Assembly (NCBI RefSeq): GCF_050320075.1
Contig: NZ_CP190018.1
DNA: 64,000 bases
Reading direction: 5' to 3' (one strand)
Source of the DNA: Escherichia coli
Lineage (GTDB): Bacteria > Pseudomonadota > Gammaproteobacteria > Enterobacterales > Enterobacteriaceae
Both the position numbers and the translations under genes were made by a program. The notes beneath the pieces were generated by a model. That model was not told the origin of the DNA. It saw nothing but the letters and a program-made list of their open reading frames with translations, and searched no databases. Shown here one piece after another: positions 33,101 to 42,352 of the stretch (within the stretch, counting starts at the first letter, position 1; each line of letters begins with the position of its first letter).

Positions 33101-33453
33101 ATATAATCAGCCTTTATTGCAGAGTCTAACTCTCGCTGATAACGATTCAAGTTAATGGTTACTTTATTTAATTCTTGTAATAACTTAGAAGGGGCATGCA
33201 GTCGTACATGTCGTTTGAATTTTGTATGTGTTTCATTATGATAAAGCCCCCACGCATCTGGAAGTTCGACAATATCATTTTCTGTGGCTATACTGTTTAT
33301 CTTATCTTCTAATTGTTTAGGGGATAATCTTTCGTCATTCCTAATAATCTGTGCATCAATGCCATTTTCTAATAGTAGATGATATGCACTCGCCACATAG
33401 TTCGAAATTCCATTGTTTTTATGTGAAAAAGGACTTACGAAGTAATATGTCAT
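30184..33453 (-). CDS. Large multidomain capsule glycosyltransferase/polymerase candidate. It combines a GT4-like (GT-B) domain, a KpsC/KpsS-like (Capsule_synth, beta-Kdo-transferase-type) domain, a TPR-like linker and a sialyltransferase-like C-terminal domain.
   Basis: 1089 aa. An E-x7-E motif (RFESFSLVAAEA) lies at aa 232-243. VIRKHPRD at aa 553-560 parallels the HP motifs of KpsS (VIKHHPMD) and KpsC ([14 protein letters not shown]) encoded in this window. KIIGNSPNQRGIKKGKEINKCNIVIRFN at aa 913-940 resembles sialyl motif L, PPSGGVQVLSWIKEINGKLANDDVLGFS at aa 1025-1052 resembles motif S, and HNWDKE at aa 1074-1079 fits H-x4-E. Confidence 0.6.
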   Translation of the reverse strand: MTYYFVSPFSHKNNGISNYVASAYHLLLENGIDAQIIRNDERLSPKQLEDKINSIATENDIVELPDAWGLYHNETHTKFKRHVRLHAPSKLLQELNKVTINLNRYQRELDSAIKADYISSPSLKNYQAYGFSLPNVAIFPNPIPFMYQEVTCKDIDVIFVGRLDLVKGSDYLSKLISHFPNNINIKIIGINITEKDYVNLINSKCNVEFLGWVDNETKLELLKKSKVCIIPSRFESFSLVAAEAISCSCHVVAWDVGGFSECYPAELLTLIHYQDLITFSAAVIDKLSQLPPNRKIVEEFILENNRKYISNIINIINGNNSLCISKNIKNNLYTASDTSIKLAYKNAASNYLDNKLDVFGLSMMNEHSQEMWGGLLSSVINNYHFVSRKELNYNTKFSRKFPISPKNYTFYDWRFNLRKLSEDFLASNPNMLFIFNGNTKFFNNALDELYSLRSIPTVYSELGWLPQNGNIYFDYMGANYKSSIRFKSLEELTHNYTIDNNETILTSYSKKVILALQLPGDTTLDKESYPLQLSHQELIYHIRTSLPKDIHIVIRKHPRDKNNYSIEKLDNISFDNEEKLSNSLSDSLALIAVNSTVIIEAMQYPVNIYSLGYGIFQNKGIVVECHDGNIKERWLSNIHIPKKRRDIFLEYLKIRQLPVSDIYDKGHWDGFEISLYPLIEAIMNPPTQRKKQLPSQEQQPPMNYIKTTPPHIPNKKILKLIKSPKKFAQDMLLKKNKKNEIILRLNKNFNNWLFSDTIRPLIAKRKFGSELDNAYKRVKPIEKYTPTLSYLYYRTKWIYFGINKEMVKFAKSPITANLTIDQQFDLSSILAESGNYQDAIILAKKCIAKSPSIFRKKQYLRLANIISNDENYISSLDFDEGEYIRELARCYNFVENSKDIIVSLLKKNKDNIKIIGNSPNQRGIKKGKEINKCNIVIRFNSYDTSLNRRADIGVKTDIWVKSPSFEEVSRKSLAGLKAVIITGTNHIDRSPSAFDFFYDFYKSNIPTTCIPFDIYQSLCKKISSPPSGGVQVLSWIKEINGKLANDDVLGFSLNKNDALKGPNGEKNQKIKYSHNWDKEILIIKNDCLR

Positions 33454-33528
33454 TGATGATATCCTCGATTATGTAAAATAAAGTTAAGATAATTAAATGT
33501 TAGCTAAAGGTAAGCTCTATTAAAAGAG

Positions 33529-34206
33529 TTAAACTATGGTATTAATGCTTTCATCAAAAATGTAATTTTCGATCGCATGCTTTACATCTTTATAAACTGT
33601 TATGTGATTGTCTCTACCGATATAGATTGCAATATCACAATATGATTTTAATAAATTCATACTATGGGAAACCATTAAGAAACTTGATTTTTCATGCTTT
33701 TTATTAAAGAGTGATAAACATTTCTCCTTAAATCTGGCATCTCCTACAGCCATAACTTCATCAACAAGATAATAATCAAAATCAAATGCCATGCTGAGTC
33801 CAAATCCTAACCGAGAACGCATGCCAGAAGAATATGTTTTTATTGGCATGTCAAAGTATTTCCCCAGTTCGGAAAATTCCTCTACAAATGAAACCTTATC
33901 TTGCAGCTCATCTTTTTTAGCATAAAGTCTTGCAACAAATTTAACATTTTCACGCCCTGTCAGACTGCCTTGAAAACCACCAGCTAAACCTACTGGCCAT
34001 GAAATGGTTTGATCAGTAAGTATTCTCCCCTTATCTGGTCGATCTATACCACCTATCATTCGAAGCAATGTTGATTTACCTGCACCATTGCGTCCAACTA
34101 AAGCAACACTTTTTCCTGTGGGTAATTCAATATTTAAATCTTTAAAAACATAATGTCTTCCTTTAGGTGTACGATATGATTTGGTGAGATTCTCAATACG
34201 TATCAT
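33529..34206 (-). CDS. kpsT: Capsule ABC transporter ATPase KpsT.
   Basis: Start placed at MIRIENLTKSY. Walker A is GRNGAGKSTLL. The ATG overlaps the kpsM stop (ATGA). Confidence 0.9.
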   Translation of the reverse strand: MIRIENLTKSYRTPKGRHYVFKDLNIELPTGKSVALVGRNGAGKSTLLRMIGGIDRPDKGRILTDQTISWPVGLAGGFQGSLTGRENVKFVARLYAKKDELQDKVSFVEEFSELGKYFDMPIKTYSSGMRSRLGFGLSMAFDFDYYLVDEVMAVGDARFKEKCLSLFNKKHEKSSFLMVSHSMNLLKSYCDIAIYIGRDNHITVYKDVKHAIENYIFDESINTIV

Positions 34207-34982
34207 GAGGTTAACATAGCCTCCTCTTTGAAACGGTAAAGGCAAAGTCCTACGAAAAACACTACTAAAGAAAAAAATGCAAGATAATTAATACTAACAC
34301 CTTCACTTATATATCCCGGTACAACAGATTGGCGACTTAACTCCACAACATGTACTAAAGGATTCCATAATAAATATCCCCAGTATATTTTAGGGATAGA
34401 ATGGAGAGGAAACATTACGCAAGATATGAAATAAAGAGGTTTAATCATTATGGGCAAAAATTTTTCCGTTTCTGGGAAAGTTTTACCTAACACCATGAAA
34501 ATTAAACCTATACCAAGAGAAAATATAATAAGTAATCCCCAAGTTGCAGCGAGTATAATGATGTTTAAAAATGAAAATTCTTCTCCAAGTAGACCTACAA
34601 TTGACATGAGGATTATGTAAACACCACTATATATTAATGCTTCAAGAAGGGTTCGTGAAATTATGGTGTCAATAGGCTTTATAGGCCTGTAATTAAATAA
34701 GCCCTGATTAGAGTTTATTGCTCCAATAGAGCGGACAGCAATATTACTAAAAAGAAAATAAGGGATAAGTCCGTTTAGAAGAAACACTGGGAACGATATA
34801 TCTGGCATAGTTCTATGCATAATATATCCAAATATACCAATCAAGATTATCAAATGTGCTGTTGGCTCAAGGAGTGCCCATAAATACCCCAGACGATATT
34901 TACCAAAACGAGTCTTAATTTCACGAAGAAATAAAGCTTTTACTGCTGCTATTTGAACTTCAAAACCACTTCTTCTAGCCAT
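34203..34982 (-). CDS. kpsM: Capsule ABC transporter permease KpsM.
   Basis: Start placed at MARRSGFEVQIAAVKALFLREIKTRFG; it is an ABC-2 type permease. The longer ORF-track start (35066) would run through the JUMPstart element. Confidence 0.9.
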   Translation of the reverse strand: MARRSGFEVQIAAVKALFLREIKTRFGKYRLGYLWALLEPTAHLIILIGIFGYIMHRTMPDISFPVFLLNGLIPYFLFSNIAVRSIGAINSNQGLFNYRPIKPIDTIISRTLLEALIYSGVYIILMSIVGLLGEEFSFLNIIILAATWGLLIIFSLGIGLIFMVLGKTFPETEKFLPIMIKPLYFISCVMFPLHSIPKIYWGYLLWNPLVHVVELSRQSVVPGYISEGVSINYLAFFSLVVFFVGLCLYRFKEEAMLTS

Positions 34983-35010
34983 TTGAGATATAACCTTAAT
35001 ATATTTTGGT

Positions 35011-35043
35011 ACGCTACCGCCCTTGGCTCTAGCTACCAGCATG
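35011..35043 (-). promoter_or_regulatory. JUMPstart element containing the ops site (RfaH loading site).
   Basis: The minus strand reads CATGCTGGTAGCTAGAGCCAAGGGCGGTAGCGT. The ops core GGCGGTAGCGT is at 35021-35011 and ends 28 nt upstream of the kpsM ATG. Confidence 0.85.
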
Positions 35044-35391
35044 CTCGGGCGTACCATATGAGACAAACCAGAATGGACAGATAAATATTTCGTCTGGTAT
35101 TAGTTTGTCTTTTCTTTACGAAAATACTTATAGATTGGACAATGAAAAATTTGGTTTAAGGCAGTCCAACCTATGTAATGTTATTGAAACATCCTGCTAA
35201 TAATCTTAAATTTAATGTTTCATTAAGTTCTATCAATTTAAACACATTGATTTGCGAATTCTATCATTTAGACTTACAGATAACTCCAGTGTTTAATATG
35301 TAAACATGCCTCATAAATTGCAAGGTAGATTGCAGGTTGCTAATCTTTTGTTACTTATATAAAATCTGTTTTGTTTATTTTATATCAAATT

Positions 35392-36624
35392 TTATTTATT
35401 GTTCAATGCAGAATTGATTTCTAATGTAATAGTGTCGCAGTGTAACTGTGACTCCCCATAATAAACCCCATTAACCTGTGTCTTAACCAATAAATACCCC
35501 CGAAACTTCTTAAACAGTTTCATATCTGGTTTAAAATCAGCCTGCCAGAACTGGTGCAAATGCCCTTGATACGTTAAGCCTTTGATGTCGTACAGGGCAT
35601 TGCCCATCACTTTGAGTGGTTTGTTATGAATCAGCGCAGAGATCCCCGCCGTACTGTTAATTGTTACCACCGCTTTTGCATGGCGTAATAGTTCCGGCAT
35701 CGGGAGATCGTGCACATAAATGACTCGCTCCCCTAAGCCATATTCCTTACTTAGCCGCTTAATTAATGGTCGATAGAGTCTGTGACCACGATCCATCGGA
35801 TGATGTTTGATCACCAAATAACTCTCTTTCGGCGCTTTACGCGAAAATGAGTACATGACTTCATTAATATAGTCACGCACATCGTTATAATTGCTGTGGT
35901 TACGAATTTGGCTATCGTTATATACCTGCAAAACGGCAAGATAATAACGTTGATCCAGGTCATTCATTAACCTCGGCAATACCTTACGCTGTGTTACCTT
36001 GTAAAGTTGCTTGCGCCAGTATGCACGAACCCAGCAACGAGCCTCATACCAGGGGGAAAACGATTTGTGGTGGCGGTAGCGAGGAAACTCACGACGGTAA
36101 TGCCAGCCCATCAGGTAATACCACATTGCATGGCCAATACGTTTCATCGTTGAAGGTTTTAAATTCTCAACGTGCGGCGCAGGCATATCTGGCAACTTAC
36201 GATAAAAATCCGGGTCGCGCGGTAGCGATGAATATGCGTTCACTCCGCCTTCTTCAACGGTTATAAATTGCGGGCGTAAATATCCTTCTTCAAATGCCAG
36301 AAAGCGGATCCCTTTCGACTTTGCCCAGCGTTTTGCTTCTTTGTGCAATGGGCGGCAGTCACCAAAGCAGAGGATGGTATCAAAGTCATATTGCCGATGG
36401 AGATCCCGTAACCATTCGGGGAACTCTTTCGGCGTTTGGTAGTAAGCCAGGTATTGTCGATGGCGGCAGTAAAAACGATCCCCACCGTTGAATACAACGT
36501 TCACAGCGTTACGGCCTAATGACTCTAACCATTCGGCGACGTTATTGAAAAAAGGTCCCATCGGCCCCTGCAATAGCAGATATTTTTTACCGGATAATAA
36601 AACGGTTAGTGCATTACCTTGCAT
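35392..36624 (-). CDS. kpsS: KpsS (beta-Kdo transferase for the capsule lipid-linker).
   Basis: 410 aa with the motif VIKHHPMDRG. It follows kpsC. Confidence 0.9.
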   Translation of the reverse strand: MQGNALTVLLSGKKYLLLQGPMGPFFNNVAEWLESLGRNAVNVVFNGGDRFYCRHRQYLAYYQTPKEFPEWLRDLHRQYDFDTILCFGDCRPLHKEAKRWAKSKGIRFLAFEEGYLRPQFITVEEGGVNAYSSLPRDPDFYRKLPDMPAPHVENLKPSTMKRIGHAMWYYLMGWHYRREFPRYRHHKSFSPWYEARCWVRAYWRKQLYKVTQRKVLPRLMNDLDQRYYLAVLQVYNDSQIRNHSNYNDVRDYINEVMYSFSRKAPKESYLVIKHHPMDRGHRLYRPLIKRLSKEYGLGERVIYVHDLPMPELLRHAKAVVTINSTAGISALIHNKPLKVMGNALYDIKGLTYQGHLHQFWQADFKPDMKLFKKFRGYLLVKTQVNGVYYGESQLHCDTITLEINSALNNK

Positions 36625-36658
36625 AAATAATTTGCGTAATAGTCAACTATGAAATTGT

Positions 36659-38686
36659 TTAGCCAAATCTGACCTTGCAGAACATAATTAATTTGCGGTA
36701 ATAGCGTATGACTCGTCCCGCTTTTTTTCGGGTAATAAACATCGGCTTGCGCGGCGTCTGGATCAAATATTCCGCCGCCTCTTCAACCGTAATAGGTTGT
36801 AGCCGTATTGGGTGGATATAGGTTGGATAAACAATCAACGCCTGATAGATCAAGTCTGCTATCGTTAATCTGCGCTCGCGGCGCGGGCAGTGATGTTCAT
36901 CAACGGTTAAACCCCAACCGGCATAGAAGGGCAGGCCGTAACAATGAACTTGCTTGCCATGTAATAACGCTTCAAACCCGGACAATGATGTCATGGTGTG
37001 CACTTCATCTGCGCGCTGAATGCATTGAATAATATCTGCGTCCAGTGCCTGATAATCAGCGAGTTCAGCAATTAGTTCTGCCGGAATATCGCCCTTGCGA
37101 TTCCCCACCAGTACATCCGGGTGCGGTTTATAAACAATGTAGGCGTGCGGATTACGCTCGCGTACTGTGCGTAATAACTCAAGGTTGCTCTTAATCGAGA
37201 CAGTGCCTGTTTTAATAGAGGCATCGTCCTCTATCTGACCCGGCACCAGGATAACTTTTTTATCTTTGGCTTCGGCTGGTAGAGAGAAATCGGCTCCCAG
37301 GTTGTACTTACTCAGTTTGCTTTCAACCAGTCGCTGGCGTAATTTTTCAGCTCGCATCTGCTGCGCCAGCGTTAACTGGCTGTGATTAAGCAGGACTTCC
37401 AGGTCGCTGGGGCGCGTGGCGTCATAGTAGATCCCGCGTTTATCCAGTACCAACGATAGCGGCGGCAGCAGGTCAGAGCCAAGTCCGGATGAACGCAGAA
37501 AACCATCTTCCATTCGCCATAACGGCAGTGATTTTTGTTGCGCTTCGGCTAGCCATTGCTGTTCTCCCTTTACACCCCATACCACGCAAGCCGTCGCCGC
37601 AGTACAGCGGCGTGAATAACTCAGTCTGTTTGTTGCGGTACGCAAGAAAGGTTTCAGGATTGCCGACTTCCACAGCGTTAAGCCTGGCGACCATAAATAG
37701 CCATTACGCTGTTGCTGATGGTTGCGCTGTAATTGCAGCCATTGCAGTACGGTAAACAGATCGCTTGCGGCCCCCGTGAGCGGGTCGATATAGCGACAGT
37801 AACGCAGGTATGCAGCGGCAAAAAGTTCTTCCAGCGTGGCAGAACCGCGTCGGGCAGATAACAAAGCGGACTGCGGATGGCGATCGTCGGTTAAGCCCCA
37901 GCCTGCATACCAGGGCTGGCCGAAACATGTTACTGGTTTTCCTGCCAGCAAGGCTTCAAAGCCGTATTGGGATGTCACGACGTAAACCCGGGAAACGTGT
38001 CGCAACAGCGACTGCGGGCTGACATTCTCGGCAATCAAACGTACTCGTTGCGTGGCGCGCAGATCAGCGAAATAACCTGTTTTCTTTCCTTCCAGGACAT
38101 CCGGATGCACCTTCACCCAAATTTCGGCTTGAGGATTTTCCGCCATCGCGGCTTCCAGCATGGCAGCAAACTCATGCGGGCCAGCATTGCCATACGTCAC
38201 TGACATATCATTAAATGTCTGATCGACAACCAGAACGATGTCTGAACGTTCTGATTCATCCGCCACAAACGCAGGTGCCAGGTTATATTTCGACAAATCC
38301 CCGGTCACGATGGTGTGCATCGCTTCTCTGGCCTGGCTTATCAGAGCTGTATTTCCGGCTTTATCCTGTACCAGTTTCTCCAGTGCTGAAGGCTTGCTGG
38401 CATCGTAGTAAATGCCACAATCATCCACCACCAGAGAAAGCGGCGGCTCGCCATTGACGCCAAGATCCAGCGAACGCACAAATCCATCTTCCAGACGAAT
38501 GACGGGTTTTCCCGCTGCTTTGGCGATGGCGACTGGTTTCGCCGCGCTGGGACGATGTCCCCACACGGCGATAGCATCAACTTCTTGCGGAACAGGGCGC
38601 AGCAGAGAAAGTTTCTGGCACGGTTGCGCCAGAAATTTCTCCAGATGCGGAATACGCCAGATACCGGACGAGAAAATGCCAATCAT
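36659..38686 (-). CDS. kpsC: KpsC (tandem beta-Kdo transferase domains).
   Basis: 675 aa with a duplicated domain carrying VKVHPDV and YKPHPDV motifs. Its start overlaps the kpsU stop. Confidence 0.9.
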   Translation of the reverse strand: MIGIFSSGIWRIPHLEKFLAQPCQKLSLLRPVPQEVDAIAVWGHRPSAAKPVAIAKAAGKPVIRLEDGFVRSLDLGVNGEPPLSLVVDDCGIYYDASKPSALEKLVQDKAGNTALISQAREAMHTIVTGDLSKYNLAPAFVADESERSDIVLVVDQTFNDMSVTYGNAGPHEFAAMLEAAMAENPQAEIWVKVHPDVLEGKKTGYFADLRATQRVRLIAENVSPQSLLRHVSRVYVVTSQYGFEALLAGKPVTCFGQPWYAGWGLTDDRHPQSALLSARRGSATLEELFAAAYLRYCRYIDPLTGAASDLFTVLQWLQLQRNHQQQRNGYLWSPGLTLWKSAILKPFLRTATNRLSYSRRCTAATACVVWGVKGEQQWLAEAQQKSLPLWRMEDGFLRSSGLGSDLLPPLSLVLDKRGIYYDATRPSDLEVLLNHSQLTLAQQMRAEKLRQRLVESKLSKYNLGADFSLPAEAKDKKVILVPGQIEDDASIKTGTVSIKSNLELLRTVRERNPHAYIVYKPHPDVLVGNRKGDIPAELIAELADYQALDADIIQCIQRADEVHTMTSLSGFEALLHGKQVHCYGLPFYAGWGLTVDEHHCPRRERRLTIADLIYQALIVYPTYIHPIRLQPITVEEAAEYLIQTPRKPMFITRKKAGRVIRYYRKLIMFCKVRFG

Positions 38687-39423
38687 GCGTTTTCAGCCAG
38701 TTCCTGTGCCATCAGGGCGCGCACTTTTTCCAGGCATGCTGGGGTGTCGACGCCCGGACCGGTTGCGGCAACCTCAAATGTGCGGATGTTGATCCCCGCG
38801 CTCATCAACCGCAGCTGCTCCAGTGATTCTGCCTGCTCCTGCATGGACTCCGGTAACTGGCTGTAGTTTTGCAGCACATCGCGACGATAAGCGTAAATAC
38901 CAACGTGTTTCAGGTAGCGCGCTTTTTCAGCATTACGCGGATACGGAATAGGCGAACGGCTGAAATAAAGCGCATCCTGGCGGGTATTTACCACCACTTT
39001 TACCGTGCTTGGCTCGGTCGCTTCTTCGGCAGAAATCGCGTGGCATAGCGTTGCCACTGGCAACGCGGGGTCATCACGCATTCCTTGTAACAGCGTTTCT
39101 ACATCCCGCGGGCGAATCATTGGTTCGTCGCCCTGCAGGTTAATGTAGATATCTGCCTCGACTTTATGCATCACCTCGACCAGCCGATCGGTGCCGGATT
39201 CATGATCGTTGCGCGTCATGATGGCTTTCCCGCCAAATGCCTGCACGGCCTGTTCAACACGCGGATCGTCTGTTGCCACCCAAACTTCCGCAACGCCCGC
39301 CACCTGTAACGCACGCTCGTAAACATGCTGGATCATCGGTTTACCAACAATATCGAGCAGTGGCTTACCCGGCAGACGCGATGAGCCATAACGAGCCGGG
39401 ATGACAATAACAGCTTTGCTCAT
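38683..39423 (-). CDS. kpsU: CMP-Kdo synthetase KpsU.
   Basis: 246 aa beginning [22 protein letters not shown]; a KdsB paralogue. Confidence 0.9.
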   Translation of the reverse strand: MSKAVIVIPARYGSSRLPGKPLLDIVGKPMIQHVYERALQVAGVAEVWVATDDPRVEQAVQAFGGKAIMTRNDHESGTDRLVEVMHKVEADIYINLQGDEPMIRPRDVETLLQGMRDDPALPVATLCHAISAEEATEPSTVKVVVNTRQDALYFSRSPIPYPRNAEKARYLKHVGIYAYRRDVLQNYSQLPESMQEQAESLEQLRLMSAGINIRTFEVAATGPGVDTPACLEKVRALMAQELAENA

Positions 39424-39432
39424 TTCAACTCC

Positions 39433-41112
39433 TTACAAAGACAGAATCACTTTTGCACCCACCGCCAGCTGATAGAGGATGGTGGAAATACCACGGGTAA
39501 CTTCAATATTTTTCGATTCATATTTCGGTAGAACCATAATTTCATCGCCCGGCTTGAGTGAATCCACGTCTTCTGCGTTGACGGCTGCACCGTTCTGACG
39601 AATGACGATAATTCTGGCGTTACCCGATTTCTGCGTCAGGCCACCACATTTCTCGATGTAATCCTCGGTGGTCATACCCTTCTGCCAGCTCACCGCGTTC
39701 GGGAACAGCACTTCGCCATGAACCATAACCAGCGATGTTTTCTCCGGAATATTGATGACGTCGCCATCTTCAAGCAGAACAGAATCAATATTGGATTCGT
39801 TGAGGATCACTTCACCTTTCGGAACCACGGTGCGTGCTTTCGCCACAAAGCGGCTGATCAGTTGTGCTTCCTGCATTCGCAGGCTGGCTTCTTCTTTGGT
39901 GGATGACTGGGCAGAAAGTGAGGCTTCCTCCAGTTTTTGCAGCGAGAGATTCAGCATCTCTTTCTGACGCTGAGCTACTGATGAGCGATAAAGCTGAACC
40001 GCGTTCATCTGCGACATGCTGTTCGGGCGGACTTTTTCCAGAACCGCACGCATAGTGGAACCATAAGGCAGTACCATGGCATGTTCACCGGAGTGCGCGC
40101 CTTCAACCCGCACCTGAATGGTGCCGGCATAGCGGTCAGTGCTCACGATTAAGGTATCGCCATTTTGCAACATACGGCCTGGTGCAGAACTGATCGGATA
40201 GTATTCGCTGCGTTTTTGCAGCCCCTGTTTACGCATAATCGTAATGTGAGTCGCGCCAGGCTTAGGGCGCGCCCAGCTCAACGCTTCCGTTACGGGAATG
40301 CTGCTTTCGCGGAACTCAAAGTCGTAGCTGTTAAAGACATCGCCCTGAACGCTGAAAGTATGCTGACGCGGCCCGACGATGATGGTGTCACCATCGGCGA
40401 ACTGCGAAAGCCCCAGTTTGCCGTTCAGCAGGAAGTCGTACAGGTTGACGTTGGAGCGCACGCGGTTACCGCGCTTGACCACAATATCAACGTAACTTCC
40501 GCGCTCTGGATCAACGCCGCCAGCCTTGATCAGATAATTGAGTAACGAATCAGACGTCACACCGCCATACAGACCAGGATTACGCACAAATCCGGTCACG
40601 TACACTTTTACTGGCTGCGCCTGTAATAAGGAGGCGTAGACGTTGACGTTGGACTGGTACACTTCCTTCACTTTTGATGTAACCAGAGTGTTCAACTGAC
40701 TATTGCTAACCCCGGCAACTTTCACCGGACCAACGTTTGGCAGAAAAATATTACCTTTGGGATCAATCTGTAATGCACCATCAAAGGTGAACGCACCCCA
40801 CAAGCGAACCTGAATGCTATCACCCGGATTCAGAATATAGTCAGGGTTGAATCCTACCGTCGCACCGCTATCCGCGCTGGTGCCGTTGAAAAGTTGAGCA
40901 CCAAACATACGGCTCATTACCACCGGCGGTGCGGGTGGTGGAGTATTGTCGAAGCCGCTCATGTTTTGCGTATCCGACTGTTGCCCGTTCAGAATACCGG
41001 TAAGCGGCGCGGCTCCTGTCAGGTTTGGGTCAGCGTTAATATCAATGGCCGCGCTGGCCTGCGCCGCGTGACAGGCGGCAATCAGTAAAATTGATTTAAA
41101 TAATTTCATCAC
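39433..41112 (-). CDS. kpsD: KpsD capsule export protein (OPX family).
   Basis: 559 aa with the signal peptide MMKLFKSILLIAACHAAQASA. Confidence 0.9.
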   Translation of the reverse strand: MMKLFKSILLIAACHAAQASAAIDINADPNLTGAAPLTGILNGQQSDTQNMSGFDNTPPPAPPVVMSRMFGAQLFNGTSADSGATVGFNPDYILNPGDSIQVRLWGAFTFDGALQIDPKGNIFLPNVGPVKVAGVSNSQLNTLVTSKVKEVYQSNVNVYASLLQAQPVKVYVTGFVRNPGLYGGVTSDSLLNYLIKAGGVDPERGSYVDIVVKRGNRVRSNVNLYDFLLNGKLGLSQFADGDTIIVGPRQHTFSVQGDVFNSYDFEFRESSIPVTEALSWARPKPGATHITIMRKQGLQKRSEYYPISSAPGRMLQNGDTLIVSTDRYAGTIQVRVEGAHSGEHAMVLPYGSTMRAVLEKVRPNSMSQMNAVQLYRSSVAQRQKEMLNLSLQKLEEASLSAQSSTKEEASLRMQEAQLISRFVAKARTVVPKGEVILNESNIDSVLLEDGDVINIPEKTSLVMVHGEVLFPNAVSWQKGMTTEDYIEKCGGLTQKSGNARIIVIRQNGAAVNAEDVDSLKPGDEIMVLPKYESKNIEVTRGISTILYQLAVGAKVILSL

Positions 41113-41132
41113 AAACTCATTCAGCGACAGCG

Positions 41133-42281
41133 TTAGTCTCGGTGATCTTCAATAACAGCCAGCAACAGTTTCAGGGTGCCGAACAGCAGGCAGCACACCA
41201 GTAACCAGCAGGCGATCAAATAAGGGATATTTGGAAAAGACGATTCCTGCGGCAACTGTGGCGAACTGATCACTGACAGCACCTTGAGCTTACGAGCCGC
41301 TTCTACACGGGTCTTTTCAATGGAGGTCAGGGTCAGTTTGTACAGCTCGGTGTTGAACTCTACTTTTGATTTGATTTCTTCAAAATCCACCGCCATACGG
41401 TTTAGCTTGTCACCCTGCGGCGCTGTGATTTTGCTTTTTTCTTCGTCAATTTGTGCCTGCAATGACTGAATCGCATTACGCGCACTCACAACTTGCGGGG
41501 CGTCCTCACGCAGATACGTCAGCAAGTTCCGCAGGTCCGCTTCCATCTGGATCTTCTGGCCCATCAGCGTATTCACTAACGTGCTCGCCGCCTGTGCCTG
41601 TGCCTGTGGATCCAGAACGTTGTTGTTGTCCTGATAAGAGAGCAATTCCGCTTTGCTGGCGTCCAGACGCTGGCGTGCCTTTTCCATCTCCGTTTCTGCA
41701 AAGGCAAGCTGGTCACGCGCGATGCGATGTGACATCTCATTGATAAAGCGCTCTGACTCTTTCAGCACGGTCTGGTTAAACTTAAGCGCAAACTCCGGGC
41801 TAAAACCCTGCGTCTGAATATTCAGTAATCCGGTTTTATCGTCATACGAGACGTTGATACGGTCCTTGTAGTACTTCAGGAAGCCTTCTGCGGTTTCATC
41901 CTTGCTAAGATGATTAAGAAAATCGAGCCCGCTGTGGCTAAACGCTTCACGAAAATTTAGTTGCTTATCCAGCGCCGCCAGCATATCCGGCGAGTTGATG
42001 TACTCTTTCAGATACAACGCATCTTCTGCGGAACTGGGGTTAGAGGCACCCAGAAGCAGACCAAAATTCAGGCTGCCGCTGTTTAAATCATCCGAGCGTT
42101 TAATGGCGACTTTCGACTCGCTCATATAGCGAGGCTGGCTGAAGATAGCCAGATAGATCAGCAGCACCGCCATCGGTGCCAGAATGATGATTTTCGCCAG
42201 GTGTTTTTGGATATCTGCCAGTGAGATGGCAGACAGACGAGCACGCATCCAGGATACGGCAGACTTCACTTTTATCAACAT
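41133..42281 (-). CDS. kpsE: KpsE inner-membrane polysaccharide co-polymerase/adaptor (PCP-3).
   Basis: 382 aa with N- and C-terminal hydrophobic segments and a coiled-coil centre. Confidence 0.9.
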   Translation of the reverse strand: MLIKVKSAVSWMRARLSAISLADIQKHLAKIIILAPMAVLLIYLAIFSQPRYMSESKVAIKRSDDLNSGSLNFGLLLGASNPSSAEDALYLKEYINSPDMLAALDKQLNFREAFSHSGLDFLNHLSKDETAEGFLKYYKDRINVSYDDKTGLLNIQTQGFSPEFALKFNQTVLKESERFINEMSHRIARDQLAFAETEMEKARQRLDASKAELLSYQDNNNVLDPQAQAQAASTLVNTLMGQKIQMEADLRNLLTYLREDAPQVVSARNAIQSLQAQIDEEKSKITAPQGDKLNRMAVDFEEIKSKVEFNTELYKLTLTSIEKTRVEAARKLKVLSVISSPQLPQESSFPNIPYLIACWLLVCCLLFGTLKLLLAVIEDHRD

Positions 42282-42352
42282 GTAACGATTATCAAAGTTT
42301 CAGTGGGGCGCAAACTCAATGAGAGACTAACCTCTCGCACCCCGTTGCTTAA

